DNA from: Mobula hypostoma
Lineage: Eukaryota
NCBI RefSeq assembly: GCF_963921235.1
Contig: NC_086101.1
Location: forward strand, 158,596,001-158,660,000
Direction: 5' to 3'
Length of the DNA stretch: 64,000 nt
In this document: positions 48,163 through 59,624 of the stretch, piece after piece
How the letters are laid out: the number at the start of each line of letters is the position of its first letter
How positions within the stretch are numbered: position 1 is the stretch's first letter
The notes under the pieces: model-generated
What the model was told of the DNA's origin: nothing
What the model saw: only the letters and a program-made list of their open reading frames with translations
Database searches by the model: none
Translations under genes and position numbers: made by a program

Positions 48163-49079
48163 TCACCAATCAACTTCCCAGCTCTTTACTTCACCCCTGC
48201 TCTCTCCCAGTTTCACCTATCACCTACCACCTTGTACTTCCTCCTCTCCTCCCCCCACTTTCTTAGTCTGACTTCTCATCTTTCTCTCCAGACCTAATGA
48301 AGGACCTCAGCCTGAAATATCAACTGTACTCTTTTCCATAGATGCTGGCTGGCCTGCTGTGTTCCTCCAGAAATTTGTGTGTGTTGCATGGATTTCCAGC
48401 ATCTGCAGATTTTCTTGTGTTTGAGATTAACTGATTATCGTACACGGTCCCGTGATTAAGTTAGGATTAAATTGGGGTTGTTGGGGTTGCTGGGGTGGCA
48501 CTGCTCAAAGGCCAAACCCGCGCTATATCGCTAAGTAAGTAAATAAATAAACCTGCTCCATTCCTGAGTTCCTCCAACAGTTTGTTCTTTTGTGTAAGCC
48601 TGGTCCCTATTCAACAGGATCATAGGCTGCTGTTCTACTTCAACACTATCTAAAGCCTTGTCCTTTGAATCGCTAATATCCATGAATCTATGGATCTCAG
48701 TTTTGAATCCATATTGGTGCTAATGAGGAACACTATCTCCTATATCCCTTTCCCCTCTCCTCACAGAAGCTTCTGGATGATGTCTACCTGACCAGCGTTT
48801 TTAGAAAATGTACGTCTCTGCCTGTATGCCCAATAATGTTGCATTAGGCTTAATTACAAGTACGCCATCTGCAATTAGTATCTTTACAGACTTGGTTGCA
48901 CAGTTCATGTACTATATGAATTCTCATAAAATGGGGCATCTTCTAACTACTGCCACGTATAATCATTAGGAATCTAAAAATTTAAATAAAATTACAGGAA
49001 CTGCACAGTCTCTTTGGGGTAAAGAGTGATTAATCTACATCTTGTTGGTAAATGTATGTTTAATTAATTTATGAGTCAG

Positions 49080-49465
49080 AGTATAACAGTACAGAAACAG
49101 GTCCTTGGGCCCATCTAGTCCATGCTGGTTTGGTTTTCTGCCTAATTCAGGGGTTCCTGAATTTTTATGCTATGGACCCTTGTCATTAGCTAAGGGGTCT
49201 GTGGGCCGCAAGTTGGGAACCCTGGCTCAGACAGTCCCATGTAGCTGCACTTGGACTGTAGTCCTCATCCAGACTTGGACCCACATCCACCACTTCCGCT
49301 GGCAGCTCGTTCCACACTTGCACCACCTTCACATAAAGAAGATCCCCCTACAGTTCCTCTGAAATATTTCACCTTTATTCTCAAATTATGACCTCCAGTT
49401 CTAGTCTCACAAAATCTGAATGGAAAAATCCTGCAAGGATTCACCTTGTGTATAACCCTCATGAC
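49080..49465 (-). mobile_element. CR1 3' fragment containing a small hAT-like MITE (~49148-49225)
   Basis: ETRTGGHNLRIK motif; inner CAGGGGTTCC...GGGAACCCTG. Confidence 0.6.
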
Positions 49466-50002
49466 TGAAAGAAATATTTAATCACAGATGGGATAAAAAC
49501 CATGCTTGCTGGCAGAAGCCAGCCAGTCACTCAGTCACATTAAGTTTTAGGGCAGATACTAAAATAGCTAGGTCTACGCTAGATAAAATGAATCATTGAC
49601 AGAAAACCAGCCAGGCGTGTGAACTTGATGGGCCAAAGGAATGACTTAAGAAATCATCAACTTCCTCTTTTGTGATGCATGTTGATATTTTCGTGGATCA
49701 CTCTGCAACTTTCAGTTGTCTGCAGCAAAGTAAAATGTGCACACAGTATATCATTGTACCTCATCTATCTGTGCCCTGGATTTATTGCATCCCATTTGAC
49801 TCTGTAGCTTGTCCCTAGGTGCTAAATTAATAATTTGCTTGGAACTGTGATGTTAAATCTGATTCTGTGTCCATCATTATCAAAAATGAATTTGGAGCTT
49901 TCGAGGATTGCCAGACCTTATCTGGCTCTGTTGAATATCTGTGGTGGCCACATTGAATTACAATGAGTGTTTGACACTCAGTCTGTGGTTTACATTTCAA
50001 CA

Positions 50003-50610
50003 TGCACAAAATGCTGGAGGAACTCAGCACATCAGGCAGCAGCTACGGAAATGAATAGATGTTGATGTTTCGGGCCAAGACCCTCTTTCAGGACTGGGGG
50101 GGGGAGGGAATGATGGCAGACTGAAAAGGTGGAGGGAGAGGAAGGAGGCTAGCTGGAAGGTGATAGGTGAAGCCAGGTGGGTGGGAAAGCCAAAGAGCCG
50201 GAGAGGAAGGAATCTGATAGAGAAGAGTGGGCCATAGGAGAAAGGGAAGGAGAAGGGGACCCAAGGCAAGCAATCAGATGGTGAGAAGAGATGAAAGGTC
50301 AGAGTGGGGAAGAGAGGAAAGAGGGTGGGAAATTTGTTTACGGGGAGGAGAAAACAATATTCCGTCCCATCAGGTATGAGGCTACTGAGACAATATACGA
50401 GGCGTTGCTCCTCCACCCTGAGAGCGACCTCATCGTGGCACAAGAGGAGGCCATGGACTGACATGTTGGAATGGGAATTGGAATTAAAATGTTTGGCCAC
50501 CGGGATGTCCCACTTTTAGCCGATGGTGCGGAGCTGCTCAACGAAGCAGTCCCCCAATGTGTGACGGATCTCAGCAATGTAGAGGAGGCTGCATCATGAG
50601 CACCAGCCCA
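50003..50610 (-). mobile_element. Penelope 3' fragment (GIY-YIG end + pLTR)
   Basis: AKHFNSNSHSNMSVHGLLLCHDE..RVEEQRLVYCL; degenerate hammerhead near 50060-50095. Confidence 0.85.
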
Positions 50611-53140
50611 CAATGGCCCTGTCTAGTTTATTTAATTTGCTATAGAAATGCAGTAAAGATGAGACATTAAAGTGATAGTGAAGTGTAGACAAAGGTAGAT
50701 CAAACAAAGTTTCCACAGAAGATGTTTGCTGTAGTACTTAGAATAATATTGTTTGAAGTAAATTTATTATCAATGTGCATGCAGTCCTGTGCAAAAGGTC
50801 TTTGGCACATGTATAGAGCTAGGGTGCCGATGACTTTTACACAGTACTGTAGCAATTTTATGTATTGCACCGTATTGCTGCAAAAAAAAACCAAATTTCA
50901 TGACGTGTGAGTGATGATAAGCCTGATTCTGATATGGAGACTCTATCGTGGACTGAAAGTGGGAACGGGGCAGGGAGAGGGGACATGGTTGGGAAAAGAG
51001 GAAAGGAGAGGGGAATGAGCAGGAATCACCGGAGAGACATTCTGTAATGATCAATCAGCTAATTGTTTTGGATCAAATGACCTTGCCTGGTCTTTCAGGG
51101 CTGGGTTGCGCTGTACCCACACCAACCCCCTATCCCGGCTGTCCTCTTCTGCTGCCTGTCTCGTACCCCTCCCACAGCGCTCCACCCTCACCTTTCCCCA
51201 TATCCATTGCTTCCGCCAGACTTACAAACTCTGTTCCACGTTGTTAAGTACAGTACTGTGCAAAAGTCTTAAGCACCCTAGCTATACAGGTATATATGTC
51301 ACCATAAGCTACCCTGAGATTCATTTTCTTGCAGGTATTCACAGTAGATACCCACCTTATTGGATATGGTAAGCAAAATGGATGGTTTTGATACTAAGGT
51401 GGGAAACCATACTATGTTCCTGGGAGGTGCCACAATCTGAGATTAAAAAAGACCTCAGCTGCACAAACACAGATCTGCCGAAACATGGTGGCAAAACATA
51501 CATTAGTTTATTGAAAAACAGAAAATTCTGGAGATCAGACAACATGTAGAGGGGGGAGTTAGTGTTTAGGTGAAAACATGTAATCTGAATTCCAGTTGGA
51601 ATTCCATTCTTCATATTTTAGTCCACTAAAAAACTACAGAAATATTCGAAAGAGTAAGAGATTCTGAAAATCCACAACAACACAGAAAATGCTTGGAGAA
51701 ACTCAGCAGGGCAAGCATTGTCTATCGAGGGGAATAACAATCGACGTTTCGGGCTGAGCCCCTTCCAATCTGAAATGTCAACTGTTTATTCCCCTCCACA
51801 GTTGCTGCTTGACCTGCTGAGGTCCTCCAGCTTTTTGTGTGTTCCCACAGAAATATATCATGTACTTTAATAATAAATATACTTTGACCTTTGAAATTCT
51901 CTCAGCTTTGAGTATGGTTGGTTGTTATTTTTGATTTGGTGCAAAAAAATTATTGGAAGCATGCTGAGTTTTAAAAAAAAACAAATTGGTAAAATGCAGG
52001 GTCACAACAAATGCCTCCCCGCCCCCCCCCCCCCCACACACACACACAGATGTTACTTGATTTATTGAGCTCCTCCAGTCAGTTTGGGTTTGGTAAATTG
52101 CACCTGAAAATTCTCAGGGAAGTGAAGGATGAGCAACAACTTTATAGTATTGATGTCATCCAAGGAATAAATGCAAAATATTCTTCAAGTGAGAACTATA
52201 ATAAATGTACAATGCTGGAAATACTTACCACAGATCCTGCTTCTTCTGTTAAGCAAAAAAGAGTTAACACTTTAGATGAGTTATAATTAGAATGCTCTCC
52301 AGTGAAAATGCTTTCCTGGGATATTAATTGATCAGTTATGTATTTTCAGTGTTATTTTGTTAGTATATAGGCAACCTATTTTGTTGGTGTTTTGTAGATG
52401 AAGTCTTTTTCAGCAGAAAATGCAAACATTGATATGAATGTTCTATGAGGTGAAAATGCTCGATTCGGCATAAATTTGCCAGTCACCGTTAATTTATCAG
52501 AATGCTCAGAATGTCTGTTGGTGCAGATTAAGTCTGATCGGAGGGTGGATGACGGAGAACAACAGTTTGCTTGAGAATTTGGGTGAGGCTTTGCTGGTGG
52601 TGAACAAACCGACCAGGTTATCCTGTATTAGATAATGATATCAATATTCAAACAAGCCTCAAGCAATTGTATAAGATTATTTGAACAAGAGAGTTATAGA
52701 GACAGGAAAAGATAACTGACTTTTTTATCACAAAAAAATTACAAACATACATTTTTCAACCTTTTTTTCAATATGCTACTTGTATTGTTAGAAATTTAAA
52801 GCAATTTTAAAATGGTACAGAGGCGCTGCTGGATGACTTTGGAGTTTCAATGAGGAAATTTGAGGATACTATATTGCCAGAACGCGACATAATTGTTATG
52901 AGGGAAGTTCAACTGGAATGTCGGTTCGGTAGGAGATGACGTTTCATTGCATTGTATATTACTGACATGCTTTCAGAAGTGTGATTAATAAAATGGATCT
53001 GGAGGTGGGCAGTTTAAGGGTCTTTTCTCCCCCCCCCCCCAGTGATTGTGGGAGACTGGAACATGATGCTTTCGGTTTTCTGATGTGCAGCTGAAATGTT
53101 GTAACCTATAGAGTGCAAACTGGGATTAAGGTGCATATTA

Positions 53141-53280
53141 CATCAAAGTTGCTGGTGAACGCAGCAGGCCAAGCAGCATCTATAGGAAGAGGCACAGTCG
53201 ACGTTTCAGGCCGAGACCCTTCGTCAGGACTAACTGAAGGAAGAGTGAGTAAGGGATTTGAAAGCTGGAGGGGGAGGGGG
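53141..53280 (-). mobile_element. Penelope pLTR fragment
   Basis: Same subfamily as 36121-36292 (AAAGTTGCTGGTGAACGCAGCAGGCC). Confidence 0.8.
53195..53232 (-). ncRNA. Minimal type I hammerhead ribozyme motif (Penelope-associated)
   Basis: Minus strand: AGUC-CUGACGA-AGG(GUCUCGG)CCU-GAAA-CGUC^GACU. Complete core, stems I and II, palindromic ACGU helix III. Confidence 0.8.
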
Positions 53281-54390
53281 ATATTGTTCTTTTGTAACCA
53301 ATAGTGGACTGAGGGACATTCAGTTCTGCCCTGTCTGAACTGTAGTGTTTGCTGCACAATAATGGCAACTTTGTTGTACTATACACTTCAATAATTTTTA
53401 ATTAGATATGCGGTAGAATTTAAATACAAAGTTACAATATTTACTTTTAAAGGTAAATAATGTGGCAAAAATTCCCATGGAACAGTGGCTCCCTACTTGA
53501 TAGGAAATTCTGTGAGCTTTTAAAATATAAATGAAGTCACTGAGACTGCTTGAATTTCTTTTAAGGAATGAATGGTCCATGATGTCAGATGGTGAATGTG
53601 TGGTAGAGTGGGGCTGGGAGTGTTTGAGTGCTTTACTGAGTGTGAACAAGTGGAGCTTCCATTCAAATCCACTGCTGTGGTTCACAACATTTATCAGTGT
53701 TCTAGGTTACAGGTGACAGTTTTCTCTCTATTCTCTGCACCAGCAACAGAAGATATGAAATACCAACCAGCAATTTGCATCACAGTGACCTTATTGCATA
53801 TTTTTACTTAAAGCTGAGGATGACTAAACTGCCTGTCGTGACCTAGTCAGGATGGTTATCAGAAAGTGGCCACTTAAGCAGCCTGAGAATCACAAGCACT
53901 GTTGGCCAGTAAGAGTATACCGAGAGCACTCTTGCGAATACATACTCATGGAAGCATGTGCTTTCTGCGCGCGGAATCCACGAACATTTAGACAGAAGAT
54001 CATATCATACCCATCACCTTGGACATAGTACATCATTTGGGTTTGTTGCATGTATCTATTTCCAGGAGCTCTGGATATTTTTCCTGTCACTTCACTCGCC
54101 TATTCACACTTAAATGTTCTGTTTTATTGGCTTTTTTTACTCAATTTCTTGTGCTTCCCCACCACCACCATTCCTTCTTCCTCTGTTTTATTTCTGTGTC
54201 CCAGCAGAAAATGATGAATCTTCATCTTACCGTGATGGTAATCTGTAATTACCACCATCCAGTTTGTTTCTGCTGTGGAGCAGGGATTGTAGGCTCACAA
54301 TTTTGTCCACAGCCACAAGGGCCACTTGTATTCATGTGGCATTAGACAGGTGTTTGCATAAGAGATAAATAATGTACTGTTGCCACACGT

Positions 54391-54691
54391 CAAAGTTCCC
54401 TCCAAGTTTTGCTACTAGCGCACAAAGGAATTTAAACTGGGCATAAACGGTTGTCACCCTCTACCTCGTTGACATGTTAAACATCGTACACAATCACATC
54501 TGGTTTCTGATGTGGGCAGTGTTGACAACGTGGAGTTTGCAATGATTTGTCTGCAGAGATTAGAAGTGACACTTGTACTGTTTTTATTGAAGAAATTATT
54601 CAATGCGCACATGTTGCCGTCACTGGACAAAAAAACTGCACGGCACAAGATTGTTGCGTGCACTGGTCATTACAAATAAGAGGGAACATTG
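54391..54691 (+). mobile_element. hAT (Tip100-like) MITE related to 35954-37480
   Basis: CAAAGTTCCCTC...GAGGGAACATTG; TSD CCACACGT/CCACATGT. Confidence 0.8.
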
Positions 54692-55711
54692 CCACATGTC
54701 ACCTCTATTTAGAAAAATAATGAAATTTTACAAATGCCTTTAATTTTTTTTAATGAAGCTAAACCACAGTTTTAGGATGCTGACAATGTGTTAAGATACT
54801 TCAGTTCATCCCATAGGTGAGAGTTCAAGTGGATGGCAATCCATTCTGTTGCATTGTGATTGGTGGTTCAGGACTAGGTGGTGGAAGAGGGCAGTTACCT
54901 TCTGCATCCAATACCTGAGCCACAGGTATAACACATGGTTTGTGAAATGCCATAAGTCACACCCATTGTTCAATAAGTGAAACATCGAACTCTGTAATGT
55001 TTCTTGTGCTCAGTGGCTACAGAGTAAAAATACATTGGAGGCTTGAATTCTGAATTGATTAATTAAAAAAATGCAGAAATCAAATGGCAACAAAGGCAGG
55101 AAAATGCGCAGTTTAGGCTTGTTTTGTGCAAGTGTAATGCAGGACTAACAACACAGAGGCCATCCTATCAAGGCTATTTCTTACCCTGGCAAGGAGTCAT
55201 CAAAATCAAACATTATTAACACAAGGGCTTTGAGCAATGGACTAAGTACAAGTTCACTCCCCAGCATGGTACTAACAACATGTTTATTATTAACACCATG
55301 CTGGAGGGTTGGGTGGACCGAACTGAGGAGAGGCCTTAACAAGTCTGTTATAAATGCAGAGACTTTATATTTTGTAAAATGGAATACAATGAGGGAAGAT
55401 ATTAATTTGCTTTGTGTTTTGAAATGGTGACAAACAGGTAAATACTGTTAACTGAGGAATCTTTGTGTGACATTTCATGGAATACACAGAGGTAATAAGT
55501 AGAAGACAGATACATGTTGCCTTTCTATTTCAAGGGGTTTAAAGCAGAAGAGTTAGGAGGTCACTATTACGTTCTCTTTACTGAGATTTCTTTCCCCCAC
55601 CCCACCACCACCACCACCCTTCCCTCAAAGTGTTATGTGCAGTTACCCATGTAGAAATAGACTTTACAGAACAATGAGTAAGTAGGATTCCTGGGCTAGC
55701 CAATGTTGAGA

Positions 55712-58355
55712 TTGTGGATTGGGACAGGCTGTGTTTTTCTTTTGGTGAAGATGAACTTGGTAAGTGGGAGACCTTCAATAGTGAAATATTGAGAGTACAA
55801 AGCTTGTATGTGTCTGTCAGAATAATAAGTAAAGATAACAGGTGTAGGAAATCTTTGTTTTCAAGAGATGTTGTGACTCTGGTTAAGAGAAAAAAGGAGG
55901 TGCATTGCAGGTAGAATATAGGCAGGTAGGAACAAATGAGATGCTTATGGAGTATGCAAGAGAACACTTAAACAAGAATTCAGGGGAGCTAAAACAAGGC
56001 TTGAGGATGCCTTAGGAGAGAAAGTGAAGGAGAATCCTAAGGGATTCTACAGATAGGTTAAGAGCAAAAGGATTGCAAGGGACAAAATTGGTCCTCTGGA
56101 AGATCAGAATGTTAATCCATGTGTGGAGCCGAAAGTGATGGGCGGGATCTTAAGTGAATGTTTTGTTCCTGTATTTACTCAGGAGACTGACACAGTGTCT
56201 GTAGAAATGAGGCAAAGTGGCTTCAACTTAAGGCACCCTATACATGTTACAGAGGAGGAGGTGTTTGCTGTCCTGAGGCAAATTAGGGTGGATAAAGCTG
56301 CAAAACTTGGCAAGGTGTTTCCTCGGACCCTGCAGGAGGCAAGTGCAGAAGTTGCTGAAGTCCTAGCAGAGATATTTAAATCATCCTTCGTGATAGGTGA
56401 GGTACCAGAGGATTAGAGAATAGCCAAAAGTGTATGAAAAGCTCTAAAATAAACTTAGAAATTATAGGCCAGTGAGCCTGACATCAGTAGTGCAAAAGTT
56501 ATTGCGAGGTTTTCTAAGGGACCCCATATATAAGTGTTTGAATAGATAAGGACTGATTAACTGACTTAGGATAGTCAGCATGGCTTTGTGCATGGTAGGT
56601 CTTGTCTAACCAATCTTATACCTATGTTTTTGAAGGAGGTTATCAGGAAAGTGGATGAAGGCAAGGCAGAGGATGTTGTCTACATGGACTTAAGGAAAAC
56701 ATTTGACAAGATCCTGCATAGGAGGTTGGTCAAACAGGTTCAGACACTCAGCATTCAAGATGAGATAGTAAACTGAATTAGACATTAGATTGTGGGAGAA
56801 GCCAGAGAGTGTTAGTAGATGGTTGCCTCTCGGACTGGAGGCCTGTGACTAGTGGTGTGCCACAAGGATCGGTGCTGGGTGTGTTTTGTTTGTCATCTAC
56901 AGACATCCCACCCTGCAAAAACTCATTTCAGGGAGGTAGCACCATCAATTTGCGGGAGACTTCCGGGAGAGGTGGGATCTCTGCAATAGAGTAGCTCCTT
57001 AGCAGCTAGCCAGCTAGTTTAAATAACGTTAGCTATGCTAATGAACGAATGACACCTGTTAAACTCACCTCAACATGTCTTTTACAGTCTTAACCCACCA
57101 TGGGCAATAGAAAGTCATTGTTGCAAACAGTGCAGCGAGCAGCACTGTCATTATTTTTGACCCCTATTAGGCAGGGGTACACTTTAGTGTAGCCTGGGGT
57201 GACGTACGTTTTATATATTTTTTTGGAACACTCTGCAATGGTGCGCTCTCTCTCTCTCTCTCTCTCGTGGTCGCTCGCGCGCTCTCAAGCGCTCTTGCTT
57301 GCTTTCTCTCTCGCTCTCTCTCCTCTAGCTTGCTTTTGTTCTCGCTCACTCTCTCGCTTGCTTTCTCTCTCATGCGCGCACACTCTCTCGTGGTCGCTCT
57401 CATGCTCTCTCTTGCTTTTCTCTCGCTCGCTCTCAAAGAAATTGATTTCCGTGATATTGTATATAATTTGCGGGCATCAGGGAGCCACTATTAATATGCG
57501 GGAGACTCCCGGAAGTTCTGGGAGAGGTGGGGTGTCTGCATCTATATCAACGATGAGGATGATAATGTGGTTAACTGGTTCAGCAAATTTTGCAGATGGT
57601 ACAAGATTTGGGCTGTAGTGGCACTGAGGAGTGTGGTAGAATAAAGTGATCTCAGAATTTTGGTCCATAACTCATTGAAAGTGGCATCACAGGTAGATAG
57701 GGTCACAAAGAAAGCTTTTGGCACATCGGCCTTCATAAATCAAAGTACTGAGTACAGGAGGTGGGATGTTATGTTGAAGTTGTATGTAAGACATTGGTGA
57801 AGCCTAATTTGGAGTATTGTGTGCAGTTTTGGTCACCTAATTAAAGGAAAGATGAAAATTAGGTTGAAAGAATACAGAGAAAATTTACAAGGATGTTGCT
57901 GGGTCTGGAAGACCTGAGTTATAAGGAAAGATTGAGTAGATTAGAACTTTATTCTTTTGAACGTAGAAGATTGAGAGAAGATTTGATAGAGTTATACAAA
58001 ATTATGAGGAGTATAGATACAGTAACTTCAAGCACATTTTTTCCACTGAGGTTGGATTGGACTGCAACTAGATGTCTTGGTTTAAGGGTGAAAGGTGAAA
58101 AGTTTAAGGGGAACATGAGGGGAAAACTTCTTCACTCAGAAGGTCGTGAGTATGTTGAACGAGCTGCCAGCGCAACTGGTGCACGTGAGCTCAAGTTCAA
58201 TGTTTAAGAGAATTTTGGATAGATACGTTTTTTGGTAGGAGTATGGAGGGTTGTGGCCCTGGTGGTGGATTAGAGTAGGCAGTTTAAATGGTTCAGCACA
58301 GACTAGATAGGCTGAAGGACCTGTTTCTGTGCTGTACTTTTCTCTGACTATGACT
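55712..58355 (+). mobile_element. CR1 LINE ORF2 remnant (close to the 15-19 kb subfamily)
   Basis: DWDRL, GRSCLTNL, YMDLRKTFDK, SGVPQGSVLG and the CR1 3' end; split by the MITE at 56900-57538. Confidence 0.9.
56900..57538. mobile_element. Non-autonomous DNA transposon with 6-bp TSD (hAT6-like MITE), copy 2
   Basis: CAGACATCCCACC...GGTGGGGTGTCTG; TSD CATCTA; excision restores the CR1 codons for FVIYIND. Confidence 0.9.
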
Positions 58356-58364
58356 CATTGCTAT

Positions 58365-58646
58365 GATCAGGAAGGAGGTATAGGAGTCTGAAGACACACA
58401 CTCAACGATTCAGGAACAACTTCTTCCCCTCTAGCATCCGTATTATAAATGGACTTTGAACTCCTGAACAGGACATCACTAATTTTTAATGTTTATTTTT
58501 GCACTACTTATTTAATGTGACTATTTAATATATATGCACTTACTGTAATTCATGTTTTTCTATTATAATGTATTACATTGTACTGCTGCCACAAAGATAA
58601 CAAATTTCATGACATATGCTGGTGATACTAAACCTGATTCTGATTC
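58365..58646 (+). mobile_element. Rex-type LINE 3' end
   Basis: SGRRYRSLKTHTQRFRNNFFP followed by the AAACCTGATTCTGATTC tail. Confidence 0.75.
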
Positions 58647-59165
58647 ATTTTCTGCTCAAGTCTCAGGACTGCAAATGATACCACTGTGTCTGTTGTAAGC
58701 AGCTTAATATTTTGTATTCCTAAGAGCTTCCAGCTGGAATGCATATCATTGGTACAGAGGATCTGAGAAAAAAATTGGAACCTACGAAACCCACACAGGT
58801 TTTAAACTAAATACCTCATAGAACCTTTGTAAATAACTTAGAGTCACTTGTGTCATAAATCATTGACTTGGCTTGTAAAGTGAATTTCTTAACCTTGTTT
58901 AACCTGACTGGATATGGTAGTTTCTCTTAAAATGCTAGCCTTAGATTGAAAATCTGCACCAAGATAAAACTAAAATTCAGAACACTCAGAAATGCAGCAC
59001 TTTCAAATGAATTCACTAACATTTATGCAAATATCTTTCCACCACATTTGACTTTCTACAAAAGCCCTACCCAGTCTGCATTTTTGCCCAGACTGGAGTT
59101 CACATTCTTTTGACTTTTTTTACACCTTTGTCAATAAATGGATTTTTTTGTTTGTTTTTTTGCAG

Positions 59166-59257
59166 ATGCTAAGACACGGGTCAAAGTAGAAAATCCTGTT
59201 GTAGAAATGGATGGAGATGAAATGACCAGAGTGATTTGGAGTTTCATTAAAGAAAAG
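59166..59257 (+). CDS. IDH2: IDH2-like NADP-isocitrate dehydrogenase, exon 2; gene continues right of the window
   Basis: ttgcag|..|gtaaca, 92 nt. (Y)[30 protein letters not shown] versus human [31 protein letters not shown]. Confidence 0.95.
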
Positions 59258-59624
59258 GTAACAGATGCTGGATTAAACCAAGTGTCCTTTGTAATCAGGG
59301 TCATTTTCTTTTATAATTGGCTTCAATTTATTCTTCAATGATCATTTAATATTTTTTCATCTAAATTGTGAATGATAATAGAAAATATATTGGACTTCTA
59401 AAATAAAAAAGGTTCTGCCCTTTTTCAATATCAGATCATTTCTTTCTTGTAGGAAGCAGCAGCATTGTCACAGATTAGCCCATACAATCAATTGTTGTCC
59501 AGTTAATTTTACATTGTGTAATTATCCTACATAGGCCAAAGATTATGAATATTTTGTTGATTTGATTTGAGAATCACTTTTGGAAAAAAATTAGAAGTTA
59601 ATAGTGTTTTTTTAACTTCTAGAT

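Larger units (their letters stand above)
46160..48550 (+). mobile_element. Nested cluster: V-SINE split by a Penelope 3' fragment (46292-48425), itself split by an LTR and a Rex
   Basis: The V-core stops at 46291 and resumes near 48426. The Penelope sequence is collinear across both inner inserts. Confidence 0.75.

Noticed and set aside
57167-57618. Ser/Leu- or Arg/Glu-rich ORFs (also at 2836-3179)
   Set aside because: They are translations of the CT/CG microsatellite inside the MITE.
59138-59341. 67-aa ORF as a single-exon gene or as IDH1
   Set aside because: Only 59166-59257 is exonic and the flanks are a polypyrimidine tract and intron. MDGDEMTR plus a presequence exon indicates IDH2 type (IDH1 has MQGDEMTR).
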